The position numbers and the translations under genes are program-made. Source: an uncultured Sutterella sp. (GTDB taxonomy: Bacteria > Pseudomonadota > Gammaproteobacteria > Burkholderiales > Burkholderiaceae_F). Taken from it: a stretch of DNA of 64,000 nt. The stretch is from contig UQYG01000003.1 in NCBI GenBank assembly GCA_900545275.1, forward strand, positions 99,032 to 163,031, written 5' to 3'. Positions 18,895 through 29,457 of the stretch are shown one piece after another (position 1 is the stretch's first letter; each line of letters opens with the position of its first letter). Below the pieces are notes generated by a model that did not search any database, was not told where the DNA came from, and saw only the letters and a program-made list of their open reading frames with translations.

Positions 18895-20073
18895 ATGGAA
18901 ATGTTTAAGAAGTCTATTGCTGCTTTGGCTGTTCTCGGCGCCTTTGCCGCCGGTTCCGCCGTGGCCGCGGACGTCACGATCTATGGTCGTGCCGACCTCG
19001 GTCTTCGTTTTACGAGCGTCGATTCCGACATGGCTGGAGTTGACGACGTTGATACGTTCGAAATGGCTACCGGCAACTACACCGGCAACCGCGTTGGTAT
19101 CAAGGGACAGGAAGAACTCGGTAACGGCATGACGGTTGCCTTCGTTCTCGAAAACGGTTTTGATGTCGACTCCGGCAACCTCGGTGAATCGGATCAGATC
19201 TTCGACCGTGAAGCCACGCTTCAGTTGAAGGGAGCTTTCGGTACGATCGGCATGGGGCGCTCCTCGATCCTCGCTGCCGATTCCGGCTCCTTTGGTATCG
19301 GCGGTGCCTTCTCCGCCTTTGGTACGGGTTGGGGCGACGTCGGCAATCAGCACCTCCTCTGGGGGGCTGGCTACAGCTCGCGTGTCAACAACATGCTGAC
19401 GTACGTCACGCCGGAATTCGCCGGGTTCAAGGTTTACGCTCAGTACTCCTTCGGTAACGGAGACGGTGACGAAAACAAGTCCAACATCGAACGTTACTAC
19501 GGTATCGGTGCCACCTATAAGAACGGTGCTCTCGATCTCGCCATGGTCGTTGACAGCATCAATGCTGCAACCGTTAAATACAATGAAGACGGTGATCGTA
19601 CCGGCGTGAAGGGAAATCCGGAAGACACGGTTCGCGTGATCGCCGGTGGTTCGTATGACTTTGGCGTCGTCAAGCCCTATCTCTCTGCCGCCTACTTTAA
19701 GGACGGCAAAGTTGGCGACCTTCTTGGCGCCCATGAAAATGCCGGTTTGGATGACGGTCTTGGCTGGTACTACGACGGTTGGGCCGTGATGCTCGGCACG
19801 GACGTTCCCGCCTTCGGCGGAACGTTTAAGGCCTCTCTCGGTTACATGGACGCTGAGTTCCAGGCTACGGAAGATCGTGAAGAGCAGGCCGGCGACCAGA
19901 ACGACATCACCCGTTGGATGGTCGGTCTCGGCTATTCGTATCCGCTCTCGAAGCGCACGGTGGTCTACGCCGATGCCGGTTACTTCAAGGATGACGTCGA
20001 CGCGGGCGGCGAAACCTACGACCGCAAGCCGAGTGCTTATCAGTGCGCTGTCGGTCTTGTCCACATGTTCTAA
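18895..20073 (+). CDS. Outer-membrane porin, paralog 3
   Basis: 392 aa; signal peptide, same family, C-terminal ...GLVHMF. Confidence 0.9.
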   Translation: MEMFKKSIAALAVLGAFAAGSAVAADVTIYGRADLGLRFTSVDSDMAGVDDVDTFEMATGNYTGNRVGIKGQEELGNGMTVAFVLENGFDVDSGNLGESDQIFDREATLQLKGAFGTIGMGRSSILAADSGSFGIGGAFSAFGTGWGDVGNQHLLWGAGYSSRVNNMLTYVTPEFAGFKVYAQYSFGNGDGDENKSNIERYYGIGATYKNGALDLAMVVDSINAATVKYNEDGDRTGVKGNPEDTVRVIAGGSYDFGVVKPYLSAAYFKDGKVGDLLGAHENAGLDDGLGWYYDGWAVMLGTDVPAFGGTFKASLGYMDAEFQATEDREEQAGDQNDITRWMVGLGYSYPLSKRTVVYADAGYFKDDVDAGGETYDRKPSAYQCAVGLVHMF

Positions 20074-20110
20074 TCGGCGAATTGTCTCCCACACCTGACA
20101 TTAGCTGAAA

Positions 20111-20144
20111 GAGAGCCCCTTCCGATTCGTCGGAAGGGGCTCTC
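20111..20144 (+). repeat. Conserved hairpin element downstream of porin 3 (homolog downstream of porin 4 at approx. 22209..22243 and porin 1 at approx. 17190..17225)
   Basis: gagagccccttccg-attcgt-cggaaggggctctc; similar taatcagc..cacctgacat.agctga..hairpin blocks after porins 1, 3, 4. No strong U-tract, so terminator function uncertain. Confidence 0.4.
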
Positions 20145-20753
20145 AACGTATTGGAACACCTCTTTCTCCTCTCCGGATTCCATAGCGCTCTCCGCGCGAA
20201 CTCTTCGTCTCATCTCCTTCAAAAACTCCCCGGGTTACTTCTCAATGGAGCGCCCCGGTCCAAATCGTCCGGTCGACGATTACGAGTACACCCCTCACCA
20301 CCTTCGCAGCCCGGCAAAAGAGTTTGTTTTCGAAAAGGGCGTTCCGATAAGAAAGCTCCACCGAGACATTTGAAACGAAATCTCGCAGACGTCAAGCGTC
20401 GGAAAGCGCCCAAGAAAGATCTTCGCCGTATGCGCGGGGACGAGCGCGACGCGGTCGGAAAAGAGCAGGTACTGCGGGACTTCCTCGCAGTTCGCCGTCG
20501 TCACGTGCATCTGTAGCCTGTCAGCGAACTGCCGCGTCAACCCCCTGTGCCGCTCCCAAGGCTCGCCATGGTAGGTGCTGCACGGGACCTCACTGCGCAT
20601 GCCGCGGTTTTCGAGTCGACTCCGTCGCTCAACACAATACGTCAGCTTCCTGTGCGTGTGGCAATTGTGCAACAAAGACTAGTGTCTGGAAGGGTGGTTG
20701 TTTTCTCATAGTGTCACTAGCCATTTTGATCTTTGTTTGGGGTAAACCCCTAT

Positions 20754-20760
20754 GGGGGGG
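20754..20760. promoter_or_regulatory. Homopolymeric G7 tract in duplicated porin 5' region upstream of porin 4
   Basis: ggggtaaacccctatGGGGGGGtaagacatgtgaaaacatgcc, homologous to block at 15775..15950. Confidence 0.5.
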
Positions 20761-20911
20761 TAAGACATGTGAAAACATGCCCTCATCCGAACGGCAGGCA
20801 AGTCTCGCAAGTAACGGCAAGCACGAGTGAGACGCCGTAAGGATGGGGGATCCGATGCATTCCATTCCCGTCGGATCCCGTTTTTCAGATCAGACATGAC
20901 AAAAAAGGATA

Positions 20912-22171
20912 TTGAACATGTTCAAGAAGTCTCTGATTGCTGTCGCTGCCCTCGGCGCCTTCGCTGGCTCGGCCATGGCTGCGGACATCTCGATCTCCGG
21001 TCGTATCGACACGGGGCTCAATTTTCACGACGAAGAAGTGAAGGTTGGTGGTGAAACGACGGTCGACCAAAACACCTTCCAGATGAAGTCCGGTCAGTAT
21101 TCCGGTTCTCGTATCACCATCAAGGGTTCGGAAGAACTCGGCAACGGCATGAAGGCCGGTTTCATTCTTGAAAACGGCTTCGACGCTGATGACGGTACGT
21201 TTGACTCCAACGGCGATGACAAGATGTTTGGCCGTGAAGCCATCGTTTACCTGGAAGGTGGCTTTGGTCATTTCTCCATGGGCCGTGTCGGTGCCCTGTC
21301 GTCGGGTCTCGGTTCCTACAACGTCGTCTACGGTTACACGCCGTGGGGCACGGGTTGGGGTGATTATGCCGGCAATAAGGGGCAGTTCATGCTCGGCGAT
21401 CGTGGTCGTATGAACAATACTCTCACTTATCGCTCGCCTGAATTCGCTGGCGTTCAGATCTTTGCGCAGTACTCTCTTGAAGCTGATGCGCAGGAAGACG
21501 AACAGTCCGGCAACAATAAGCGCTACGCTGCTTTGGGTGCTTCGTACAATCTCGGAGCCTTTAGCACGGGTCTCGTGGTCGACACCGTGATGAATGGCAA
21601 TGATGACGCTAGCCGCAATACGGAAGACTCCTTCGGTGTGTCGTGGGGTGCTTCGTATGACTTCGGCGTTACGAAGCCTATGATTTTGGTTCAGTACGGC
21701 AAGAACGAGAACAAGCTCGGCGGCTTCTCGGCAACTGGCTTCTACGAAGACTACTTCACCGACGACAAGTTCCGTTTGGGCAAGAACGAAGGTCTGAAGG
21801 GCTACGCGATCTCGCTTGGTGCCGTCACGCCTCTCTTCGGAGGTAATCTCTATACCTCCGTGAACTTCACGGACGGCGAGTTTGACGGAGATGTTCACAA
21901 CCAGAAGAACAAGAATCACGGAGTCCCGGGTGCAGACGCCAATTGGGTTGACGGTGCTCGTTACTTCAACGGCGACATCCAGCGTTGGGGCGTTGCGGTC
22001 GGTTACGACTATCCGCTCTCCAAGCGCACCAAGCTTTATGGTTACGCTGCCTACAACGAAGGCGAACTTAAAGGCAACGAAGTTCGTCCCAACAAGCCGG
22101 GGCTGAGCAGCAGTGGCAAGATCGAAGAAACCGACATGGAAGCCGGTGTTGGCCTGATCCACTACTTCTAA
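20912..22171 (+). CDS. Outer-membrane porin, paralog 4
   Basis: 419 aa; MNMFKKSLIAVAALGAFAGSAMAADISISGR..., C-terminal ...GLIHYF; 5' UTR block homologous to porin 1. Confidence 0.9.
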   Translation: MNMFKKSLIAVAALGAFAGSAMAADISISGRIDTGLNFHDEEVKVGGETTVDQNTFQMKSGQYSGSRITIKGSEELGNGMKAGFILENGFDADDGTFDSNGDDKMFGREAIVYLEGGFGHFSMGRVGALSSGLGSYNVVYGYTPWGTGWGDYAGNKGQFMLGDRGRMNNTLTYRSPEFAGVQIFAQYSLEADAQEDEQSGNNKRYAALGASYNLGAFSTGLVVDTVMNGNDDASRNTEDSFGVSWGASYDFGVTKPMILVQYGKNENKLGGFSATGFYEDYFTDDKFRLGKNEGLKGYAISLGAVTPLFGGNLYTSVNFTDGEFDGDVHNQKNKNHGVPGADANWVDGARYFNGDIQRWGVAVGYDYPLSKRTKLYGYAAYNEGELKGNEVRPNKPGLSSSGKIEETDMEAGVGLIHYF

Positions 22172-23597
22172 TCAGCCTTTGACCGGGTGTCTCTCGCACC
22201 TGACATAAGCTGAGGTGAGCCTCGTCCGATTCGTCGGGCGGGGCTCTCTACGTTTTGAAAAGTTGCGCCCGTCAAAATTTCGTCTCTCGCAATCTTTCTC
22301 GTCTCAGCCAAAGATCGACTCTTCTTCGTTCAGGGAACGCCGCTTTTAGATCATCCCGTTCCGGTTCGAGGGCATCCTCCTCAGAACTTTCGCCACCTTC
22401 CGGCACTGGTCCTTCTTGGGACAGCATGTTACGGCAGGCACGCTCTGCCAAATCCCACAAGCATCGAGCATCAGGAAGAGGAAGTGGAAAATTCCTGTCG
22501 TGCGGGCTGTGCAGACGAGGGCGATGCCAAGATCTTCCTCGCAGTTTGATCCTGTCAGCTTCACCTGCAGCGGGTCGTCGAACCGCGGCGACAATCGCCC
22601 TCATCACTCCGATGGTTTCGTCGCAGTGGGCCGCCGCACGGAACCTCGACGCGCCGCGTTGCAGTCACCGGGTTCGGCCTCGTTGAAACAAGTCGACTCG
22701 GCGAGCACCATATTTCTTGCAACATCTCCCGGTTTGGAATGTTCGGCATCAACGATCGCGTCGTGTTCGTAGGAAGCTCTTCTCCTGCGGACTCCGATGC
22801 GGAAACGATTCGGCGTCAAACCCTTTTCCTATGGTTGACGGAGGAGGGGAGCTTTTGACTCCACGGAGAACCCCGGCGGGAGTTGCCTGTGATCGGTACG
22901 CCGGGCCCTGAGAGAGAATCCTCACGACGTTCGGAAAACGGTAGACGATTCTCTCCACGTCCTCACGTCTGCGCGTTCCGCCAGACGATCGGGATCTCGT
23001 GGGCGGAGCGTGCCGCAGCGGAGCGGATCGACAGAGAAGCCACGGATTTGCGGCAACGCCGCCCTGTTCTTCATCGAAGGTTGCGCGAGATTCACATCGA
23101 CGACACGCTTCGCTCCAACACTCGACGCCGAGAAGAACATCAAGGTCGCCGCAGGGAAACATCGTCATGACTGGCAACATCCGTTGCGTTTTTCTTCGGA
23201 AGCCCGGCGGAATCGTCGGTTGTTTGCAAAATTCTTTCGATTGCCGGTGGAAAAATGAACAACAGGTTGATTTTACAGGGAGGGTGTGGTGATTTTTATT
23301 TCTTCTCCTGCAGGGTATGTGGTGTGAATACGTAAAAATTCGTGTGAATTGGATTTTGCGCCACAGTTTTTTGTGGACCGTTTTTCGATCCTTTCTCTTC
23401 CCCTGCGGGCGTTTCTCCAAAAAGTGCGGTAAAAATCGTTTTCAGGGGGTGCGGAATGCATGTGAGAGCATGAGCCAAGCCCAAACGGGGAGGTCCGCGA
23501 ATCGGCGCGCAATGTCGCGGGCATCCTCTCCGGGGGCGTCAACAAAGGGTTCCGCCGCTCGTTTGGACGGGACCGTCAACCTCAGAAAGGACAAGAC

Positions 23598-24812
23598 ATG
23601 TTCAAGAAGTCGCTCATCGCGCTCGTTACGCTTTCCGCCGCGGCCTTTGCCGCCAACGCCGCCGACGTCACCCTCTCGGGCCGCATCGACGCGGGTCTCA
23701 ACTATCACGACGCCAAGAAGACGGGTCACGAATCGACCGACACGTTCGCCATGAAGTCGGGCCAGTACTCGGGTTCGCGCTTTACGCTCAAGGGTTCGGA
23801 AGAACTCGGCAACGGCACGTCCGTGGGTTTCGTTCTCGAAAACGGCTTTGATTCCGACACCGGCGCCTTCTCGCAGGAAGGCAAGATCTTCGGCCGCGAA
23901 GCCATCGTCTACGTGAAGGGTGAATTCGGTACCTTCGCCATGGGCCGCGTCGGCGCTCTTTCGTCCGGCCTCGGCTCCTTCAGCACCATTTACAACTACA
24001 CCCCCTTCGGCACGGGTTGGGGCGACTACGCCGGCGCCAAGGACGCCTTCATGCTCGCCGACCGCGGCCGCAACGACAACACCATCACCTACGTGTCGCC
24101 GGAATTTGCGGGTCTCACGATTTCCGCTCAGTATTCGCTTCGCACGGACGGCGCCGAAGCCGATCATTCGTCCTTGAACAAGCGCTACGCCGCCTTGGGC
24201 GCCACCTACAAGCTCGGCGCCTTCGGCACGGGCCTCGTGGTGGACACGGTCATGAACGGCCGCGCAGACGATTCCTACAACACGGAAGACTCCCTGGGCA
24301 TTTCCTGGGGCGCTTCGTTTGACCTCGACGTCACGAAGCCGATGATCCTCGTTCAGTACGGTCAGCATGAAAACAAGCTCGGCGGCTTCAACTTCGCTCA
24401 GATGCTTTCGGACTACAGCGACGAAGATCATCCCTATGCGGCTTCCCGCAACGGCGGTCTGAAGGGTTATGCCGTGTCGCTCGGCGCAGTTACGCCGGTC
24501 ATGGGCGGCAACCTTTACACGGCCGTCAACTACACGGACGGCGAACTCGACGGCCGCGCCTACGGCGTGAACTTTAAGGACGACAAACGCGGCGATGAAG
24601 CCGGCTACGTTTCGGCCGACGTCAAGCGTTGGGGCTTTGCCATGGGTTACGACTATCCGCTCTCCAAGCGCACCACGGTCTACGGCTTCGCCGCCTACAA
24701 CCAGGGCGACATCAAGGGTTCGCTCTACGCCATGGACGGCAAGCCCGGCAATTCCGGCAAGCTGAAGGAAAAGGACACCGAAGTCGGCTTCGGCATCCTC
24801 CACTGCTTCTAA
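23598..24812 (+). CDS. Outer-membrane porin, paralog 5
   Basis: 404 aa; signal peptide, most similar to paralog 4 (GSEELGNG, VVDTVMNG), C-terminal ...GILHCF. Confidence 0.9.
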   Translation: MFKKSLIALVTLSAAAFAANAADVTLSGRIDAGLNYHDAKKTGHESTDTFAMKSGQYSGSRFTLKGSEELGNGTSVGFVLENGFDSDTGAFSQEGKIFGREAIVYVKGEFGTFAMGRVGALSSGLGSFSTIYNYTPFGTGWGDYAGAKDAFMLADRGRNDNTITYVSPEFAGLTISAQYSLRTDGAEADHSSLNKRYAALGATYKLGAFGTGLVVDTVMNGRADDSYNTEDSLGISWGASFDLDVTKPMILVQYGQHENKLGGFNFAQMLSDYSDEDHPYAASRNGGLKGYAVSLGAVTPVMGGNLYTAVNYTDGELDGRAYGVNFKDDKRGDEAGYVSADVKRWGFAMGYDYPLSKRTTVYGFAAYNQGDIKGSLYAMDGKPGNSGKLKEKDTEVGFGILHCF

Positions 24813-25252
24813 CCACGGGATTCCTTCCGGAAGCGCCTTCCGGAACACCGACGATACGGGCTTGATGTTTCTTCTCTGAAAAGTTCAGCCCCTGCGACTC
24901 GCTTCCACCGGGCCCGGAAGCGGGTCGCTTTGCATTTGTGCGGGCGTTTTTCCCGTCGGACCGCTTCCCATTTCCGGGAACGTCGTGAGAAAATGACGGC
25001 TCTTTCATTCAATCCCGCGCCGACCAAGCGGCGCATCCGCCGCGACACCGAGGCCCGCCATGACCGATTCCCGAAAACCCAAACTCCACGAGAGTTTCTA
25101 TTCCGTCTTTTCCGCCGTCTTCGGCTGCATCATGTTGGGGCTTGTCGCTTATCTCGCCTACGACTGGCTGCGGGGCTAATCCTTGGTTACGCCGGAGCGC
25201 CGCCCGCACCCGCCGCGCTTTCGCGCTTCCCCGTGAAGAGGGGAGGGGGGCG

Positions 25253-26173
25253 TCACGCCTTCTTCGCGGCCCGCATTTCCTTCACTTCCGCCGCGCAGAA
25301 AACCAGAATCCCCGACCAGATGAAGAGAAGCGGCAGAAGCTCTTCCCGTCCGAAGGGCTCTTCGAACCAGAAAATCCCGAGGAGAAGCGTCAGAATCGGC
25401 GCCAGATACTGACAGAATCCGAGTACGTTCATCGGGAGGTTCATCGCGGCGAAAGTAAAGAGAACGAGCGGAATGGAGGTCACGATCCCCGTTCCGACGA
25501 GCGCTGCGGAGAGGACGGCGTCGCCCGCGAGAAAATGTCCGAGCCCCGCGTTTTCGAGGTGCACCGCATAGAAAAGCGCGAAGGGAAGCATGAGCGTCAC
25601 TTCGAGAAAAATCCCCACCTGCGCGTCGAGCATGAGTTTTTTCTTCATTGCCCCGTACAGCCCCCAGGTGGCGGAGACGCCGAGCGCAATCCAGGGAAAC
25701 TGCCCGAAGGACGCGATCATGAGGGCGACCCCGGCGGCCGCGAGTCCGATCGCGGTCCACTTCACGCGCCCGAGACGCTCCGAGAAAAAGAGAACGCCCA
25801 GCAGCACCGAAATGAGGGGCGTCAAAAAGGTTCCGATTCCGAGCTGCACGACCTGTTCGGTGACGACGCCGATCACGTTGATCCACCAGTTGAGGGAGGC
25901 GAACACCGCGGCCGCGAGCAATAGGCCGGCCCGGCGCGGATCGTGTACGAGCGTCTTCACCGTTTCCGAAATTTCTTTTCCGCGTCCCCGCACAAGGAGC
26001 AGCGCGAGGACGAAAACGAAGGTCCAGACGACGCGGTGGGCGATCACTTCCCAGGAATCGGCCGCGGCCAGAAGATTCCAGTAAAGCGCCATGAAGCCCC
26101 AGAAGAGATAGGAGACGAGGGCGGCGGCAAGGCCGGCTTTTCGGTCGGGACGGTCGGGAGCAGGGTTCGGCAT
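25253..26173 (-). CDS. rarD: RarD-like DMT family permease
   Basis: 306 aa; 10 TM segments; N-terminal motif AALVSYLFWGFMALYW characteristic of RarD/EamA. Confidence 0.75.
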   Translation of the reverse strand: MPNPAPDRPDRKAGLAAALVSYLFWGFMALYWNLLAAADSWEVIAHRVVWTFVFVLALLLVRGRGKEISETVKTLVHDPRRAGLLLAAAVFASLNWWINVIGVVTEQVVQLGIGTFLTPLISVLLGVLFFSERLGRVKWTAIGLAAAGVALMIASFGQFPWIALGVSATWGLYGAMKKKLMLDAQVGIFLEVTLMLPFALFYAVHLENAGLGHFLAGDAVLSAALVGTGIVTSIPLVLFTFAAMNLPMNVLGFCQYLAPILTLLLGIFWFEEPFGREELLPLLFIWSGILVFCAAEVKEMRAAKKA

Positions 26174-26301
26174 GGGATCGGGGTGAGTCGGGAGAGTGTG
26201 AGGAAGTGTAGCGCAGTCCGCAAAACACCGCTTTTCTTCGGGTTTCTCCTTGCTTTTGTCGTTAGAATGACCGAACGCAAATTTTTTCGGGGAGACCTCT
26301 T

Positions 26302-27135
26302 ATGAAGACAAAGCGCGTTTTGGCCGTGCACGATCTGTGCTCCTTCGGGCGCTGCTCGCTCACCGCCGCGATTCCCGTGATTTCGGCGATGGGCATGCAG
26401 GTGTGTCCCCTGCCCACGGCCTTTTTCTCGAACAATCTCACCTACGGCGAATTCACCTTTCACGACTTCACCGACAAGATGACGGGCTTTATGGACCGTT
26501 GGGAGAAGCTCGGATTCCGGTACGACGCCGTCTACAGCGGCTTTTTGGCTTCGGTCGAGCAGATTGAAGTCGTGCGCGACGCCGCGCGGCGCTTCGCTTC
26601 GCACGAGGAGTCGCTCGTCGTGGTGGATCCCGCCATGGGCGACGACGGAAAGCTTTACCCGGTCTTCGGTCCCGAATACGTCGACGCGATGCGCACGCTC
26701 GTCAAGGAGGCGACCCTCATTACGCCCAACTTCACGGAAGCCTGTTTCCTTCTGAACGAGCCCTGCGACATGACGCCTCCTTCGGGCGATAAGCTTCGAG
26801 CGATGACGGAAAAGCTCGTCGGCATGGGCGCCAAGCAGGTCGTGATCACGAGCGTGCCTGCCTCGGAAAACGAAATCAAGGTCGTGAGCTTTGATTCGGT
26901 CACGGGCGAATACGCCGAGCGCACGACACCGCGCATTCCCTTTACGACCTGCGGGACGGGGGACCTCTTTACGAGCGTCGTGACGGGGTCGCTCCTTCGC
27001 GGCGAAACGCTCGCGGCCGCCTCGGCGCTCGCGATGCGGTTCGTGAGCCGCGTGATGGAATTCACCCTGGCGTCGGGGTCGGACCCGCGCGAAGGGGTGA
27101 TCGTGGAGCCGTGTCTCAAGGAACTTCTTCATTGA
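26302..27135 (+). CDS. pdxK: Pyridoxal/pyridoxamine kinase (PdxK/PdxY family ribokinase-like)
   Basis: 277 aa; AVYSGFLAS, VVDPAMGDDGKLY, ITPNFTEACFL, GTGDLFTS motifs of PdxK/PdxY family. Confidence 0.7.
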   Translation: MKTKRVLAVHDLCSFGRCSLTAAIPVISAMGMQVCPLPTAFFSNNLTYGEFTFHDFTDKMTGFMDRWEKLGFRYDAVYSGFLASVEQIEVVRDAARRFASHEESLVVVDPAMGDDGKLYPVFGPEYVDAMRTLVKEATLITPNFTEACFLLNEPCDMTPPSGDKLRAMTEKLVGMGAKQVVITSVPASENEIKVVSFDSVTGEYAERTTPRIPFTTCGTGDLFTSVVTGSLLRGETLAAASALAMRFVSRVMEFTLASGSDPREGVIVEPCLKELLH

Positions 27136-27320
27136 GCCTGAGCTCTTCCGAACCTGACTTGCCCAAGCCCCGGAAGGCGCGATGCTCTCCGGGGCTTTTT
27201 ACGCCGGCACGAAAGGCTGCGGCAAGTCCGAATCAAAGAGAGTCCTCCCGATCCTTCCTTTGCCGAAAGCAAAACCTGCGGACGAAGGGCCTTGAGGGCC
27301 GTTCCGTTCGGTGCGGGCCG

Positions 27321-29324
27321 TCAGCCGACCGACGCTTCCGAAACGCATCCCTGCGCGCCGACCGTCTTCGGGGCGGTTTTGCCGCCTTCCCGCTTTGCCG
27401 TCACTTCGGCCAACTCCGCGCGAATGAAGCTCTCATACTCCGCGACGAACGCGTCGAGCGTCGTCGTGCCGCGCTCGATTTCCTGCAGTTTCGCCTCGAA
27501 CTGCGCCGTCATCACGGCGCTTCGCACCTTGGGGGAGGCGGTGAGGAGCACCTTGCGGCCCTCTTCCGTGCAGTGGAGCTTTTTCCCCTCCGTCTCGAGG
27601 TACTTCTTTCGCTTCAATTCCTGAATGATCATGGAGCGCGTCGCGGGCGTTCCGATCCCGCCCGCTTCCTTGAGCTTTTCCTGCAGATGGGGATCGTCGA
27701 AACTCTTCCAGATCGTCTCCATCGCGGCGATCAGGGTCCCTTCCGTAAAGTAGGCGGGCGGCTTCGTTTGGTCTTCGCGTCCGTCGACCGAGAGGACGTC
27801 GACGACGTCGCCCTTCCGTAGAGGAGGAAGCGTCTGCGAGGCGTCCTCGTCCTCGGTTTCTACGTCGTCACTCCTGCGCTTTTTTGTCGGGCGCTGTTCC
27901 GGAAGGTTCTTCTCCGCCTTTTGGTAGAGCGCCTTCCAGCCCTTCACCGCGACCACTCGTCCGCGGGCCGCGAAGGTTTCGTCCCCGAGGGCGAGTTTCA
28001 CGACCGTTTCGTCGTATTCGTGCACCGGGAAGAACTGCGCGATGTAGCGCTTGGCGATGAGGCGGTAGAGCTTTTGCTCGCGGTCCGTCAACTGCGACCA
28101 GTCGACCGTGTGTGCGACCGGGACGATCCCGTGGTGCGCCGTCACCTTCTTGTCGTTGAAGACGGGACTCTTGAGGTTGGGGTTGGCCTTCTCCACGGCC
28201 CTGGCGGTCGCGGGGAAGGTCTTCGCAATCGCGGAGAGCACGCCCGGGGCTTCCGCGTGCTGGGATTCGGGAAGGTAGGAGGAGTCCGTTCTCGGGTAGC
28301 TCGTCACCTTGTGCTTTTCGTAGAGCGCCTGACAGCCCGCGAGTGTTTCTTCTGCCGTGAAGCCGTAGAGACGGTTCGCCTCAGCCTGAATGTCGGCGAG
28401 CGAATAGACCTTGGGCGGATGGACACGCTTTCGCTTCGTTTCCGCGGAGAGGACCGTCGCTGTCTTTTCCTTGGCGAGCTTTTCGACCAAGGATCGCCCC
28501 AGGGGAATGTCCAAAAGAAGTTTTCCCTCTTCGTCCATCCCCGGCTGACCGGGCTTGGGTTGCCACTTCGCGCGAAACGTCGCGCCGTCTTTGGCGAGAT
28601 TCGCCGTGATCGCGAGATAGGGCTTCGGAACGAAGTGCCGCACGGCGTAGTCGCGCCGCGCGACCATGGCAAGGGTCGGGGTCTGCACGCGCCCGACGGC
28701 GATGAGGCCGCCCGGGCCCGTGAGGGTGTAGGCGCGCGAGAGATTCATGCCGAGAAGCCAGTCCGCTCGAGAGCGTGCCCGGGCCGCGTCGCGCATGCCG
28801 GCGTAGCCCTGGTTTTCCTTGAGCGCGGCGAGTCCCTTCTTGATGGAGGCGGGGTCGATCGCTGACACCCAGAAGCGCTTTACGGGCTTTCGCACGCGGA
28901 AGTGCTCGAGGACTTCGTCGACGAGGAGTTGCCCCTCGCGGTCCGGGTCGCCCGCGTTCACGATGACGGCCGAGGAGCGGATCAGCTTTCCGATGACGGA
29001 GAGCTGGCCCTTGACGCCCTTTTGCTTTCGCACGAGCGTTTTCCACTCGGTCGGGATCACGGGGAGGTCGCGAAGGCGCCACATCTTCTTGCCGCGTTTG
29101 GTGGTCGGGATGTCGTCGGGGAGATAGGCGTCGGGTTCGGCCTGCTCGAACAAATGTCCGAAGCACCAGGTGACGGTCGCGCCGTTGCGGCAGACGAAGA
29201 AGCCGTTTTCCCGGCGGACGATGCCGAGCCCCTCCGCGATGGCGCGGCCGAGCGACGGCTTTTCGGCGATGTAGAGCGTTCCGGTGGCGGGTTCGGGCAT
29301 GCGGACGATGGGGGAAATAGACAA
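27321..29324 (-). CDS. topB: DNA topoisomerase III (type IA)
   Basis: 667 aa; N-terminal Toprim LYIAEKPSLGRAIAEGLG, downstream Topo IA domains; real start may be MPEPATG (approx. 29300). Confidence 0.85.
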   Translation of the reverse strand: MSISPIVRMPEPATGTLYIAEKPSLGRAIAEGLGIVRRENGFFVCRNGATVTWCFGHLFEQAEPDAYLPDDIPTTKRGKKMWRLRDLPVIPTEWKTLVRKQKGVKGQLSVIGKLIRSSAVIVNAGDPDREGQLLVDEVLEHFRVRKPVKRFWVSAIDPASIKKGLAALKENQGYAGMRDAARARSRADWLLGMNLSRAYTLTGPGGLIAVGRVQTPTLAMVARRDYAVRHFVPKPYLAITANLAKDGATFRAKWQPKPGQPGMDEEGKLLLDIPLGRSLVEKLAKEKTATVLSAETKRKRVHPPKVYSLADIQAEANRLYGFTAEETLAGCQALYEKHKVTSYPRTDSSYLPESQHAEAPGVLSAIAKTFPATARAVEKANPNLKSPVFNDKKVTAHHGIVPVAHTVDWSQLTDREQKLYRLIAKRYIAQFFPVHEYDETVVKLALGDETFAARGRVVAVKGWKALYQKAEKNLPEQRPTKKRRSDDVETEDEDASQTLPPLRKGDVVDVLSVDGREDQTKPPAYFTEGTLIAAMETIWKSFDDPHLQEKLKEAGGIGTPATRSMIIQELKRKKYLETEGKKLHCTEEGRKVLLTASPKVRSAVMTAQFEAKLQEIERGTTTLDAFVAEYESFIRAELAEVTAKREGGKTAPKTVGAQGCVSEASVG

Positions 29325-29390
29325 AGACGGGGGAAAGTGTAGCGGGTTCGTGATGGGGACGAGGGAGAAAGGCGGAGCGCCGGATTTCCG

Positions 29391-29409
29391 TGCGACATTA
29401 AATGTCGCA
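29391..29409. promoter_or_regulatory. Perfect palindrome TGCGACATTAAATGTCGCA between divergent topB and higA-like gene (putative operator)
   Basis: 9-1-9 perfect inverted repeat, 49 bp upstream of the higA-like start. Confidence 0.45.
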
Positions 29410-29457
29410 TGGCGTCGTTACACTGAGACTGCAGGAAAACAACACAAGGAGAATTGT

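Noticed and set aside
25176-26228. 350 aa minus-strand ORF overlapping rarD in another frame
   Set aside because: rarD frame has clear TM architecture and the RarD motif; this frame is Arg-rich noise.
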